Assembly (NCBI GenBank): GCA_030390025.1 | Contig: CM059432.1 | Location: 100,318,001-100,382,000, forward strand | Source: Squalus acanthias | Taxonomy: Eukaryota | Reading direction: 5' to 3' | Length of the DNA: 64,000 nt | Part shown: piece by piece, positions 1 to 64,000 of the stretch | Position numbering within the stretch: position 1 is the first letter of the stretch | Layout: each line of letters starts with the position of its first letter | The notes under the pieces: model-generated | Database searches by the model: none | Seen by the model: the letters and a program-made list of their open reading frames with translations, nothing else | What the model was told of the DNA's origin: nothing | Made by a program: the position numbers and the translations under genes

Positions 1-85
1 GTGTTTTATTTGATTACTAATCAGCAACTTATTATTAGTCATGGTAGAGAAGTTAAATGTGCTTTAAAACACAGGGTTTGATATA

Positions 86-510
86 CAGGAAACTTTCGTT
101 TATCCGGCATCGACGGGACCGGCGTGGTGCCGGTTTATCGAAAGTACCGGATAACAGAGAGTTATATCTACCGAGGCTATTTTTAACAAAGAGACTCCAA
201 GCAGCACGGGAGAATCTACTCATGCTACTGCAATGTTTCGGACTTGCGACAGCGCCAGGAGGCCGAGTAGTGGCACTTTTGAAAAGTACCCCTACTGACT
301 AAATCGGCGTTCGCGGACTCAGACTCGGACTCGGGATCGGCAACATTGCCGGTTATTTGAGAGGATTTTTCGGAGCACTCGGCGTTCGCGGAGACTCGAC
401 TGCGACTCGGCAACATTGCCGGTTATTTGAGAGGAGTTTTCGGAGGATGATTTTTGCCGGTTAAGCGAGAATTCCGGATATTTGGGTGCCGGATAAACGA
501 AAGTTTCCTG
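86..510. mobile_element. Non-autonomous Tc1/mariner-pogo (Tigger-like) MITE
   Basis: Perfect 24-bp TIR CAGGAAACTTTCGTTTATCCGGCA, TA on both flanks, internal tandem duplication (CGGCAACATTGCCGGTTATTTGAGAGGA x2); second copy at 40802-41192. Confidence 0.85.
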
Positions 511-515
511 TATTT

Positions 516-1537
516 GGGGGGATTTTCGGCAGTGCGTTCAGGCGCTAACGATCCTCCGAGGTGGCCAAGATGGAGTCTTGATCTGAAACGCCGGTTTAGC
601 CCACGTGTAGAGCAAGATGCCAACTTGGTAAAGGAGTTGGATCATGTGCTAAGAACGGCTGCCCGGAGGCTCGTTAAGGAGCTGATTGCCACTTAAAATG
701 CCTGCTAGCGCTCATTAAGGCGGCTTCACAGCATTTTGGTGGCTAGCGCTTGTCCTAAGAGCCACCAGCTGTTTGGGAGTAAACAAGTTGTTGATGCGGA
801 TCCCAAGCAGTACTTAAAGGGATGTCACCATTTTATGTTCAGTTGCTGCTAGTACTGTGATGAGGACCTCTGAAACACATCAGGAGACTTTCCGGGACAC
901 TTTGCAAGACTTCAACAGTCTAGCAACATTTATTCTGCAAATTCTCTGAGGACTTCACCTAAAAAGAGTAATTGTTGTGCTACTCTACCTCATTGGACAC
1001 CTTATAGGAGTCACCAGGAGAAAGGGAGTGATTGGTTATGGGCATCTTGCTTGGGGTCCCCCTTGGTCTGGATGAGGAATGAGATGAGGACATGAGGCCA
1101 GGCATTGCAGCACGAGCTGCTGGAGAGGAACAGGAGGGCGAGGTGGTGTCCTTTCTCCCCTGTGGGTACAAGACATCCCTTCTCCTCTGGACCTCCTCCA
1201 CCAGAACTTCCAGTGCTGCATCCGAGAACCTGCACGACCTCTCCTTCAGCCCCATAGCCATCCTGCAACGTGCTGCTGTGTGTCAGCCAGAGTACTCTAC
1301 ACCTTCAGTATAAGTGGGTGCGAGGAGCCCACATATACTGCTCCATGAAAATTGCGTCTAATCAGCACTTGCTAAACCTGCAGGTTTCTGGTTTAGGACC
1401 ACCAGGCAAGTTCAAATTATGGTAATCAGCAATTAGGACCAAAATTGTGTGCTAAATCCAGACTTTCAAAGAGGCTAGTCTTATTAGCACTGCACCCATG
1501 TAGTGCCTGCTTTCACCCTTTGGCAAAAATAATCCCC
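516..1537. mobile_element. PIF/Harbinger internal-deletion derivative
   Basis: Ends GGGGGGATTTT...AAAATAATCCCC. Minus-strand Myb/SANT start (ERSCRFSDAALEVLVEEVQRRRDVLYPQG, ~1155-1261) converges on a plus-strand MGILLGVPLGL... that resembles the transposase N-terminus. Confidence 0.7.
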
Positions 1538-1633
1538 ACTGTCTTCTGCCATACATAATATGAACACTGTTATTTTTGAATATTTAGTTAAAATTGATTT
1601 ATAATTGTTAGAGAAATGTTAGTTGATACCAAC

Positions 1634-55690
<54,057 letters not shown>

Positions 55691-57057
55691 CTGTAAATAT
55701 TGGTTGAAAGCATACTGGGAAAGTTAGAATTTGGAGATCAATTCTTTCATTGTTAGTGTCAAATGCTTTAACCTTAATTTCATTAATAATAAATAAATGT
55801 TGGTCTATAGTTAGAGAATATGTTGAATCTAATTCTAGTTTCAGTCTTCACCTTTACTCTCCCAAAGCGCCTTCATTAAAATACTGAAAATCCCCCAAAG
55901 GCGAAATTAGGTTAAACAATATGGGTCATTAGCAAAGGTGAAGCAAGTTTTATCCTTGGTTATCTAGCTGCTGAATAGTCTAAGTTGCATAACTGAATAG
56001 TAATATCCACAATATTTAGGATGCTGGTATAAAAGCTGTTCTACATTCAGAACGCTGCAAAAATATGAGTATTGTTTTCTCAGTTACAATGTCTGCATTT
56101 TACATTACATTTTAGAGATGATTTAAAAAAAAATCAAACTTCATAACATTTTAAAGTCCAAAATAGCTACGGAACTAATGGTTTAAATCTAACTTATCTC
56201 TGACATTGTGACAGATCATATTGTTTAAGTAAAATTCCCAAGGAGACTTTCAATATGATCATCAAATACACTGCCCTCACATGACTGCTGAGGTGTTGAG
56301 CACAGTTCATCTTTACAAATGCCTCACTAAAATAAAGACATTGAGCAAAAAATTCAAGTATATTTGTTATAAATTTGTGATATAAATCAAATATTTTACA
56401 CATAATTATGGAATACCATTTTAACCTCCTTTGCAAGGAAAACTTTCTAATGCACTTCTGACTTTGTAATTTGAAAGTTATATCATCTTTCTCAGTCATG
56501 GTAAAAAGTATTCCACAGCTAACTGCTGACCATCCACTAAGTCATAAACAACTCTTTACACTAACACTGTATGCAGCATCCTGAAGCATGTTATATCATT
56601 TGTTTTGCTAAAACAGATGGATACATAGATGGCATTTAAAATTACCCATTATATTTTTTATTTTACACGCATGTACATTTCTGCATTATTTAATGTCTGA
56701 ATTATACCTATATTGTTCTTTTGAACATTATTCCAGTTTCTGATTTATTCCAGTTTCTGATTTAAATTATCAGCTTAATTCTGTAATCATTCATCACATG
56801 ACTACTGGAAACTAACTGGGTGAACAATATCCTCAACCAGTCAGCTTGACTGAGATTAAATTGAAGTTGTTAAAATTTATATTATTTCAAATTGGATGAA
56901 ACTATGGATAGTACGGCAGAGGAATTATGCAGCAAAATCTTTTAATGAAAAAACAGACAAACAAAGCAAGTGGAGAAGTGGCAATATAGATAAAAGAAGA
57001 CACTGCATCAATAGAAGGAAATGATATAACTGCTTTGGCTGATGCAGCTGAGACATT

Positions 57058-57802
57058 GGGCCAAAAATTCATCCCGCTGCGCGAGAGTACGCACTGCGTA
57101 CTCTCGCGTATTCTCTCTCCAATTGCCGGTTTTCTGCATGCCCTGCGCATGCGCTGAAAACCGGCACTTGGTCTTTTGAAAAGGGGGCGGTTCCTCGGTG
57201 CATCGCGTGCGCGCTACAGGCTGCGCGCACGCTGTGCACTTCGTGCTTTGGACGCGCAGGTAAGGACGGAAGATTTTAGAAATGGAAAAAGGAGGAGTAA
57301 GACCCACTTTTAACAAGGTAAGTAGTGAATTAAGTATTTTTTTGAATTTTTTTTTAACAGGTATATCTTTTTTAGAGACTTTAAAGACAGGTAAGTTTAT
57401 TTTTATAACTTTTTAAAAGATTTTAAATTTTTTCAAAAATTTAATTTTTTATTTAAAATGGTTAATTTATTTAACTATACTTATTTTATTAATGTGATGG
57501 GTTTTTAAAAAAATTTAATTGAGGTTTAGCTGTTATTTTGGGGGGGTGTAAGATTCATAGATTTCACAGCACGTATGTGAAACTTATGGATGGAAGATGG
57601 TGTGCTGCCATTGGCTCTAACTGAGTCACGTGATCCCATAGCTCGCACGAATTCACTACGCCGGTGGGATACGCAAGCACTGCCCAGCTGATGTCTGGAA
57701 CATCAAGTTCGTGCGAGCTGGATCTGAAAAAGCCAACGCGGAGTGAGAGATCGCGGGGAAGCCTTACCCCCGCGGGAACAGAGCGAGATCAATTTCTGGG
57801 CC
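57058..57802 (+). mobile_element. AT-core Harbinger-type MITE (family C)
   Basis: Ends GGGCCAAAAATT / AATTTCTGGGCC, exact TSD ATT. Confidence 0.85.
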
Positions 57803-57829
57803 ATTGTAATCTGAGGTCAACAACAGTAA

Positions 57830-59095
57830 AGGAAAGAAGATATATGTTCGTGGTTTTTATAACCTTCCTGGCAGCAGGACAATTAGTGAGTGAAATCTCT
57901 CTGCAGATCAAGGTGGCCTGTAAAAAGAGGCAAGAAAACAAACCTCGGAGGATTTCAATTGTACAGCTATTAACTGGGAAAAAGCAGAGAGAATTACGTG
58001 CAAGTTTTTAGAGAAGGTACAGGTTGCCTCCCTCACTCAGTTCATCAAAAAACTAAGGCAGTGAGCGGCTATACTAGATCTAACCTATAGGTAAAAATAG
58101 GAAACAGGTTCTCAGAAGAAGAGGTACCATTGAAGGAAAGAACAAACGATTTGGACTGAAACATATTTGACGGTCACAGAGAGATTGTAGTTGTAGATGA
58201 TTCTTTACTCAGGAAAGTGGATACCCATGAGTGTCGCAAAGACAAATCCTACAGCATGGTGTACCTGGGGCCAGAGAAGTATGTACTGAGGAAAGGTTAG
58301 AAGGGATATTGAAGAGGATAGTAGGGCACAGTGGTGCAAGTCCACATAGAGATGAATGAAAGGGAGAAATAATATAGGGCCTCAAAAGTCCCATAAATTA
58401 GGAATGCCTCTAAACTCAGAAATAGGGGATACAAATGTTCTCCAGTACACTTGTGGTATTTGGGAAAGTGGGGAAGCTTACCAATAAATCTGAGGATGTA
58501 ACTGAATGTTAGAAGCATTAGAAATAAGATGCCAGAACTGGGGGCTATTGTGGCAGTAGGGAGCTAAGTCCAGAGGATGGAAATTAATTTAACATTCGTG
58601 AGTATAAAGTGTTCAGAAAAGACGGGGTGGACAGAAAAAAGAGATGGTTTGGCCATTTATGTCAGGGACACCTGCGAGATAAATTAAATTGATCCTGTTG
58701 GAGGGGAACAAGTTATAAATTCTGGTGAGACATCTCAAATAAGAAAAAAATCCAAGCTTACACTAAGGGTATACTACAGATTTTCAGGTCAGTGTAAGGA
58801 GGACTATTTGCTCTACAAAGAGATAGGAAGGGTACGCGAGAATAGGAAAGTTATTCTAATGGGAGACTTCAATCAACCCAAAATAAACTGAGAAAACCTA
58901 AGTGGTTTAGAGTCAGAGTTTGGTAAATGTAATGCTTCATGACCAAGTGCGTCAAGGAAGTCAGAAGAAGCAGAGCTCATCTTTACCTGGTGTTTGTTAA
59001 TCCATGCAATGTACAGGAAATGGAAGTTGTAGCACCCATAGGGGACATTGTTCACAGAATGATCAAGTTCAGCATGATCTAGGAGTCAGTTATAC
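57830..59095 (+). mobile_element. Very old CR1 5' remnant (ORF1/endonuclease)
   Basis: Decayed YKVFRKDG, LRVYYR and ILMGDFN motifs. Confidence 0.5.
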
Positions 59096-60019
59096 CTAAG
59101 ACTAAGAGGTCAGCAGGCCCCGAAGGAATCCTGCGGAGCTCGTTAACTTCCATGTCTAAATTTCCGACATGTGCTTCTGGTGGGCGAAACACACAGTGGA
59201 GCATGAATTTGTAAAATATACCATTGAGAGATGTGATGGAAAGCTAACAAAGGAATATTAGGTGAAAATACATTGAAAAACTCTACAAATACATCAAAGG
59301 AAATGAAATAAATTGTACAAAATATCAGATAGGCTGAACAATAAATTAGAAAGTGCCAGAAATACATAGCGCTGATCTATCATCATCTGTAATGAGAAAA
59401 GGTAGTTTATGATAGTTTTAGGTGTGTATCCTTCATTAATGCTGCCTGACCTGCTGTGTATTTCCAGCATTTGCAGCTTTTCCTTTTCACTGAACAACAA
59501 ATTAAAGGTTCTCAGGCAAAGATTAAGGGCTAAATTAATATCTGTTGTGTGTTAATCATGGAACAAGGATTTTAATTTGAACAATCTAATAATGTCATAA
59601 AATCTTTAACAATTCAGTTCACAAAACTTCAAATCAGCTTGCACTAAATCGTTTGTCAGCAAGATTTTCCTTACACTCGCAGATAACCAAAGATGGATGG
59701 CTATACCCAATCTTACTGGGTAACAGTGAAAGAACCATAGGAAAGCTTTCCTCCATTTGCTATTTGGAGCAAAATTGGTAATGATTATTCATGATTTTAC
59801 TGAAAACAGCACATGGAGAAAGGCTATCCCCTTTGCAAACCCTAACAGAGTTTTAAAACTATATTCTGATTAAGTGATAGTACTCAGATTGAAATTGATA
59901 TGATTTAAGTCAGTTTTAGTTTCCATGACGATTCCTGCAGTGTGAGCATTCAGAGGAAGGAACAAAAAATTTAACAGGAGAAGTTGATAGAGGAGCATTG
60001 AACAATTTAAAATGATGTT

Positions 60020-60650
60020 GCTGATAACTAGGTAAAAACGGGCAGAGCGCCTGTTTTTCGGGCACTAAACGATGATCCTTCCATATTGGATAAGGCAGGT
60101 GAACTGGCGGCAGAAGCGTAGGTCGTGAACATTTTAAGTGCAGAATAATTTATTTAAATTAGGGTTCTGCACGACTTGCCAGGCCCGTTTCCAATTTTCG
60201 AACACCCTGGAGCTTCACTCGCAACATGCTGAACTTGTGCCACTAACTGGTAGAAAGGCCCCCATACTTACCTGAATGTGGAGCCGGGACGAGCAGGAGC
60301 AATACTTCCGACCCCACATTAAAAGAACATGGGCTGCTCCCTCCCCCCGCTTACTGATTGCTCTCCTCCGGCCAACGATCACCTCCCTGTCAGCCCGAGG
60401 CCCGATCGTCCACCCACTAGCCGGGGGCCCGATTGCTCCCCCAACTGAGAGGTCCAAGCGCCCACCCTTCTTCATTTATCTGAGGGCTGCTGCAATGTCA
60501 GCAGCGACCCGATCTTCAGTGATGATTCTCCGACAGCTCTGAGCAGTTCCATTGAAATGAGGCCTGAGGCCCAATATCGGGGGCGCCTCAGGCCTCACCA
60601 TTCAGGCACAGGGATTGTCCAGGAATGGCCACACCCAAATTTTTCAGCCT
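60020..60650. mobile_element. Decayed Harbinger-type MITE
   Basis: AAAAACGGGC/TTTTCGGGC motifs and CCCAAATTTTTCAGCC right end, similar to the termini of 7826-11038. Confidence 0.45.
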
Positions 60651-61133
60651 TTATCTATTGGTCAGCAGAGATACTGGCCATCTACTAATTATAAAATTGA
60701 TTCTCTAATGTTCTGATGTATGTGTGTTGTTCAGCTTAATATTACAGATAAAAATAGTGTGTCTTCAAAAACAATATTTAGGGCTAGAAATTCATTGTAG
60801 CCCAGGAATGGGCGGTATCATTAGAAAAGTTGGAGAATTAGTGCCAGGCGCTAATGCTTTAGACTGCACGCAAAATTCGTGCTCACTGCTCAAAGAAATG
60901 ATTGGAATTCAAGTCTTTAAGCCCAAGCTCATTGGCGTTACACTCAAAGGGTCGACCAATATCAGGTGCAGTCTAATCGCAAGTCATGATTGGCACAGGC
61001 TTTTTTCACTACTTAAAGGGGAAGTTTATTGATGCTGCAGAACCTCATTCTCAGCATTGCTGGCTGTGCAGCTGCCTCAGCAAGCAGAAGCAGGACAAGG
61101 AGAAGGAGCTGGAGGACTGAACCAAGTGTACTC

Positions 61134-62165
61134 ATGGTAGATCCATACCCCAGGGAGAGAGCCCGCAGCTTCTGCGATGAAGCATTGGAGGCATTGGTTT
61201 TCGCTGTGCAGAGACGGAGGGTGGTGCTCTACCCAGCAAGTGGCAGGACGCCCTCACCACAAGACTTCCGCGCCATGTGGAGGGAGGTAGCGCAGCACAT
61301 CTCGGGCAGCACTGTGGTCCCCAGGACCTACATACCGTGCAGGAAGAAATTTATCGACCTCACTCGGGTGATTCAACAAATGCTGCATACCACCATCTGA
61401 ACCACAGTCTTCACACACTGCCCAAAGCACCACACCCCCAGCACTCACCCACCAACAATCTCTGCCTACCAACACTCACATCCACATCTCACACCTTGCA
61501 CACAATGACAGTTATTCAACTATGGTGGGCATTTCACCCAAACACATTGCTCCACACTCACTCACACACTTTCCTTTCTCTTGCAGGTTAAGGTGGCTCA
61601 CAACAGGAGGGAGCAGGAGCGCATAGGCGGGGGACAAGCCAACACCCAACCACTGTCTGCGCTGGAGAATCGAGTGCTGCTGATTATTAGGCGCCAGGTG
61701 GTGGGCACCATGGCCTTGGGGACAACGGTATGTTTATCCCTACTCCTTCTCACATCCCACTTCCCCCTCACCCCACAAGCGTTTTGCATTTTCCAGCTAA
61801 TCATGCTGTATGCATGCATTTCTCCCTTCCTGCCCACCTCCCCTCACCTTAACCCAACTCTTGTGGGTTTATGCTTTCAGATCATCAGCAAGCTCCTGAG
61901 CAGCTTGTCCCTGAGGGCACCGTAGAGAGCGAGGCAGGAGAAGAGGAAGAGGAAGAACACACCGCATCACTGCATATCTCATCCGCAGGCACCAGCTCAA
62001 ATATTGGTATTACGCGTTCTTTAGAGACTAGTATAGTAACGGGATCTGCACAGGGTGAGGCACTGGGGATGAGTGGGCTGCAGCAAGGCCAGGGGAAAGG
62101 GTAGCTTGGGGGCCAGCTCCCTGGATGGCAAGTTCTGCTGCACAGGACGCAGATGAGGACCTCGC
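61134..62165 (+). pseudogene. Harbinger Myb/SANT-like DNA-binding protein gene, spliced, decayed
   Basis: MVDPYPRERARSFCDEALEALVFAVQRRRVVLYP...MWREVAQHIS...RTYIPCRKKFIDL (NAIF1/Myb_DNA-bind_5-like); exon 2 at 61587-61727 (ttgcag|...|gtatgt); exon 3 from 61881. Confidence 0.8.
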
Positions 62166-62389
62166 ACGGACACTCATCAGCCTTCCACCAGCCCTGCTGC
62201 AGCCACTGGGCCAACACTTCATAGGAGCACTAGAGTAGGCAAAGGCACAGTAGTGAGCAACATTAAGGGATTGCACAAGGGTGAATAGTTAATATTTTTG
62301 TTGTAAATATGTGTTCACTGATTTTTGATAAATTTATTAATTCAGTTTGGATTCTTTTGTGGTACGTCTCATTTCAGCTTTGCGCTGTG

Positions 62390-63974
62390 ATATGGCCTGC
62401 GACAGGGATGGAATGATGGGGATGTGGTGAGCAACAGGGATCTGGGGCTTAATTCATTCGAACCGCAGTCTGATGAGGCGATCATGGACCGCCCTTCCGG
62501 AAGGCCGATTGAGTGGCTGCCTCCTCCCTCTTCCTCCTCCTGCGGTGGTCCCGCAATCCCTGGTGGCAAGTGCTGGGTCCTCATGATGTCCAAGTTGTGG
62601 AGCATTTTTCTTTTATTCGTTCACCGGATGTGGGCGTCGCTGGCTAGGCCAGCATTTATTGCCCATCCCTAATTGCCTTTGAGTGGCTTGCTAGGCCATT
62701 TTAGAGGGCAGTTAAGAGTCAACCACATTGCTGTGGGTCTGGAGTCACATGTAGGCCAGACCAGGTAAGGATGGTAGATTTCCTTCCCTAATGGATATTA
62801 GTGAACCAGATGGGTTTTTATGACAATCTGGTAGTTTAATGGTCACCATTACTGATACTAGCTTTTTATTCCAGATTTATTTAATTAACTGAATTTAAAT
62901 TCCACAGCTGCCGTGGTGGGATTTAGAACTCATGTCTCCGGATCATTAGTCTGGGCCTCTGGATTACTAGTCCAGTAACATAACCACTATGCCATCATTC
63001 CCGAAATGCAGCAGACCACCACAAAATGGGACACCCGCTCAGCCGAGTACTGGAGGGCTCCTCCTGAGCCGTCAAGGCAGCGGAACCATTGCTTCAGCAG
63101 GCCGATGGTCTGCTTGATGATGTTCCTGGTGGCAGCATGGCTCACATTATATGAGTGCTGGGCAGGAGTGTTGGGATTGCGGAGGGGAGTCATGAGCCAG
63201 GTGGAGAGCAGATAGCCCTTGTCTCCGAGCAGCCAGTCACGAGCTTGACGTGGTGGCTAGAAGATAGCTCGCACACCGGTCTGGCGCAGGATGAAGGCAT
63301 CGTGGCTGCTACCAGGATAGTGAGCATTGACATTGAGGATTCGCTGTCTGTGTCGCACACCAACTGCACATTAAATGAGTGGTAGCCTTTGCGGTTATGG
63401 AAGATCTCAGGATTGTTATGCGGTGCCCGCAAAGCCACGTGGGTGCAGTCAATGGTGCCCTGCACCATGGGGAATCCCGCTATCCTGGCAAAACCACATG
63501 CACGCTCGTCCTGCTTCTCTCTGGTGATGGGGAAGGAAATGTAGTCCCTTCTCCTACTGCAGAGAGCCTCTGTGACCTTCTGGATGCAGCGATGGACGGC
63601 AAACTGCGAGATGTTAGATATGTCTCCTGCTGCAGACTGGAAGGGTCCGCTGGCGAAGAAATTGAGGACGACGGTGACCTTGACTGCCACTGTGGGAGCC
63701 GTGGTTGTCTTGATCCGAGTCTGGAGCTCTGGTTGCAGGAGGTGTCAGAGTTCTGTGACCACCTTTTTGCTGAAGTGGAGCCTCCTAATACCTCGCTTAA
63801 TTGGAGATAGGAGAAGTGCTGTCGGAATACCCTCGGAGGGTAAGGCCTCCTGTTGAGTGCCCTGATGGCCCTCCTCCTCCCTCTGGCCATATGTTCCAGT
63901 CTTTCTCGTTCCCTCCGCCATAAATCCTGGAGGGCGAGGTCGACTGCCAGTACAGCCCCCATTAATGTTACCAA
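62390..63974 (-). pseudogene. HARBI1-like DDE transposase, frameshifted and SINE-interrupted
   Basis: [87 protein letters not shown]. Confidence 0.92.
62606..63005 (-). mobile_element. tRNA-derived SINE whose tail matches the LINE at 12747-13871
   Basis: Minus-strand head TGGCATAGTGGTTATG...GAGTTCTAAATCCC; tail AATTAGGGATGGGCAATAAATGCTGGCCTAGCCAGCGACGCCCACATCC followed by an A-rich end. Confidence 0.85.
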
Positions 63975-64000
63975 GTGTAGCAGTTTGATTTTTTTTAAGA

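Larger units (their letters stand above)
60781..64000. mobile_element. Two-gene PIF/Harbinger transposon (right end beyond window)
   Basis: TTA|GGGCTAGAAATT left TIR; convergent Myb/SANT gene (+) and DDE transposase (-). Confidence 0.9.

Noticed and set aside
300..440. CRISPR-like direct repeats (28-bp repeat twice; also 24955-25050)
   Set aside because: Only two units each, located inside a MITE and a SINE in a vertebrate intron, with no cas genes.
59660..59760. Additional upstream CSMD3 exon (E-C-K-like codons on minus strand)
   Set aside because: There is no GT donor after the codons and no sushi pattern upstream; the preceding exon seems to lie beyond 64000.
62390..63974. Domesticated HARBI1 host gene
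   Set aside because: Frameshifts, a SINE insertion, a probable catalytic E-to-K change, and its position within a TIR element next to a Myb partner all indicate a dead transposon copy.

Overview
Vertebrate genomic DNA, most likely from a shark or other cartilaginous fish (inferred from HE1-like V-SINE, SacSINE1-like Deu-SINE and CR1/L2/Penelope repeat content). The only host gene is the 3' part of CSMD3 on the minus strand. Twelve coding exons (55690 down to 1634) have canonical AG/GT boundaries and compatible phases. They encode the last sushi/CCP domains, the juxtamembrane region and the transmembrane helix; upstream exons and the terminal exon lie outside the window. The introns are packed with transposable elements: CR1, L2, RTE and a further LINE family, three SINE families each sharing a 3' tail with a LINE in the window, a Penelope GIY-YIG remnant, a solo LTR, pogo/Tigger-like MITEs, and a rich PIF/Harbinger set. 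That set comprises one two-gene element (spliced Myb/SANT gene plus convergent HARBI1-like DDE transposase), four internal-deletion derivatives and about ten MITEs, some nested in each other. Most long ORFs in the six-frame track are TE fragments or antisense noise. I found no prokaryote-type system. The most interesting structure is the Harbinger family, whose autonomous element can be reconstructed from complementary copies. All calls are by eye, without database searches.
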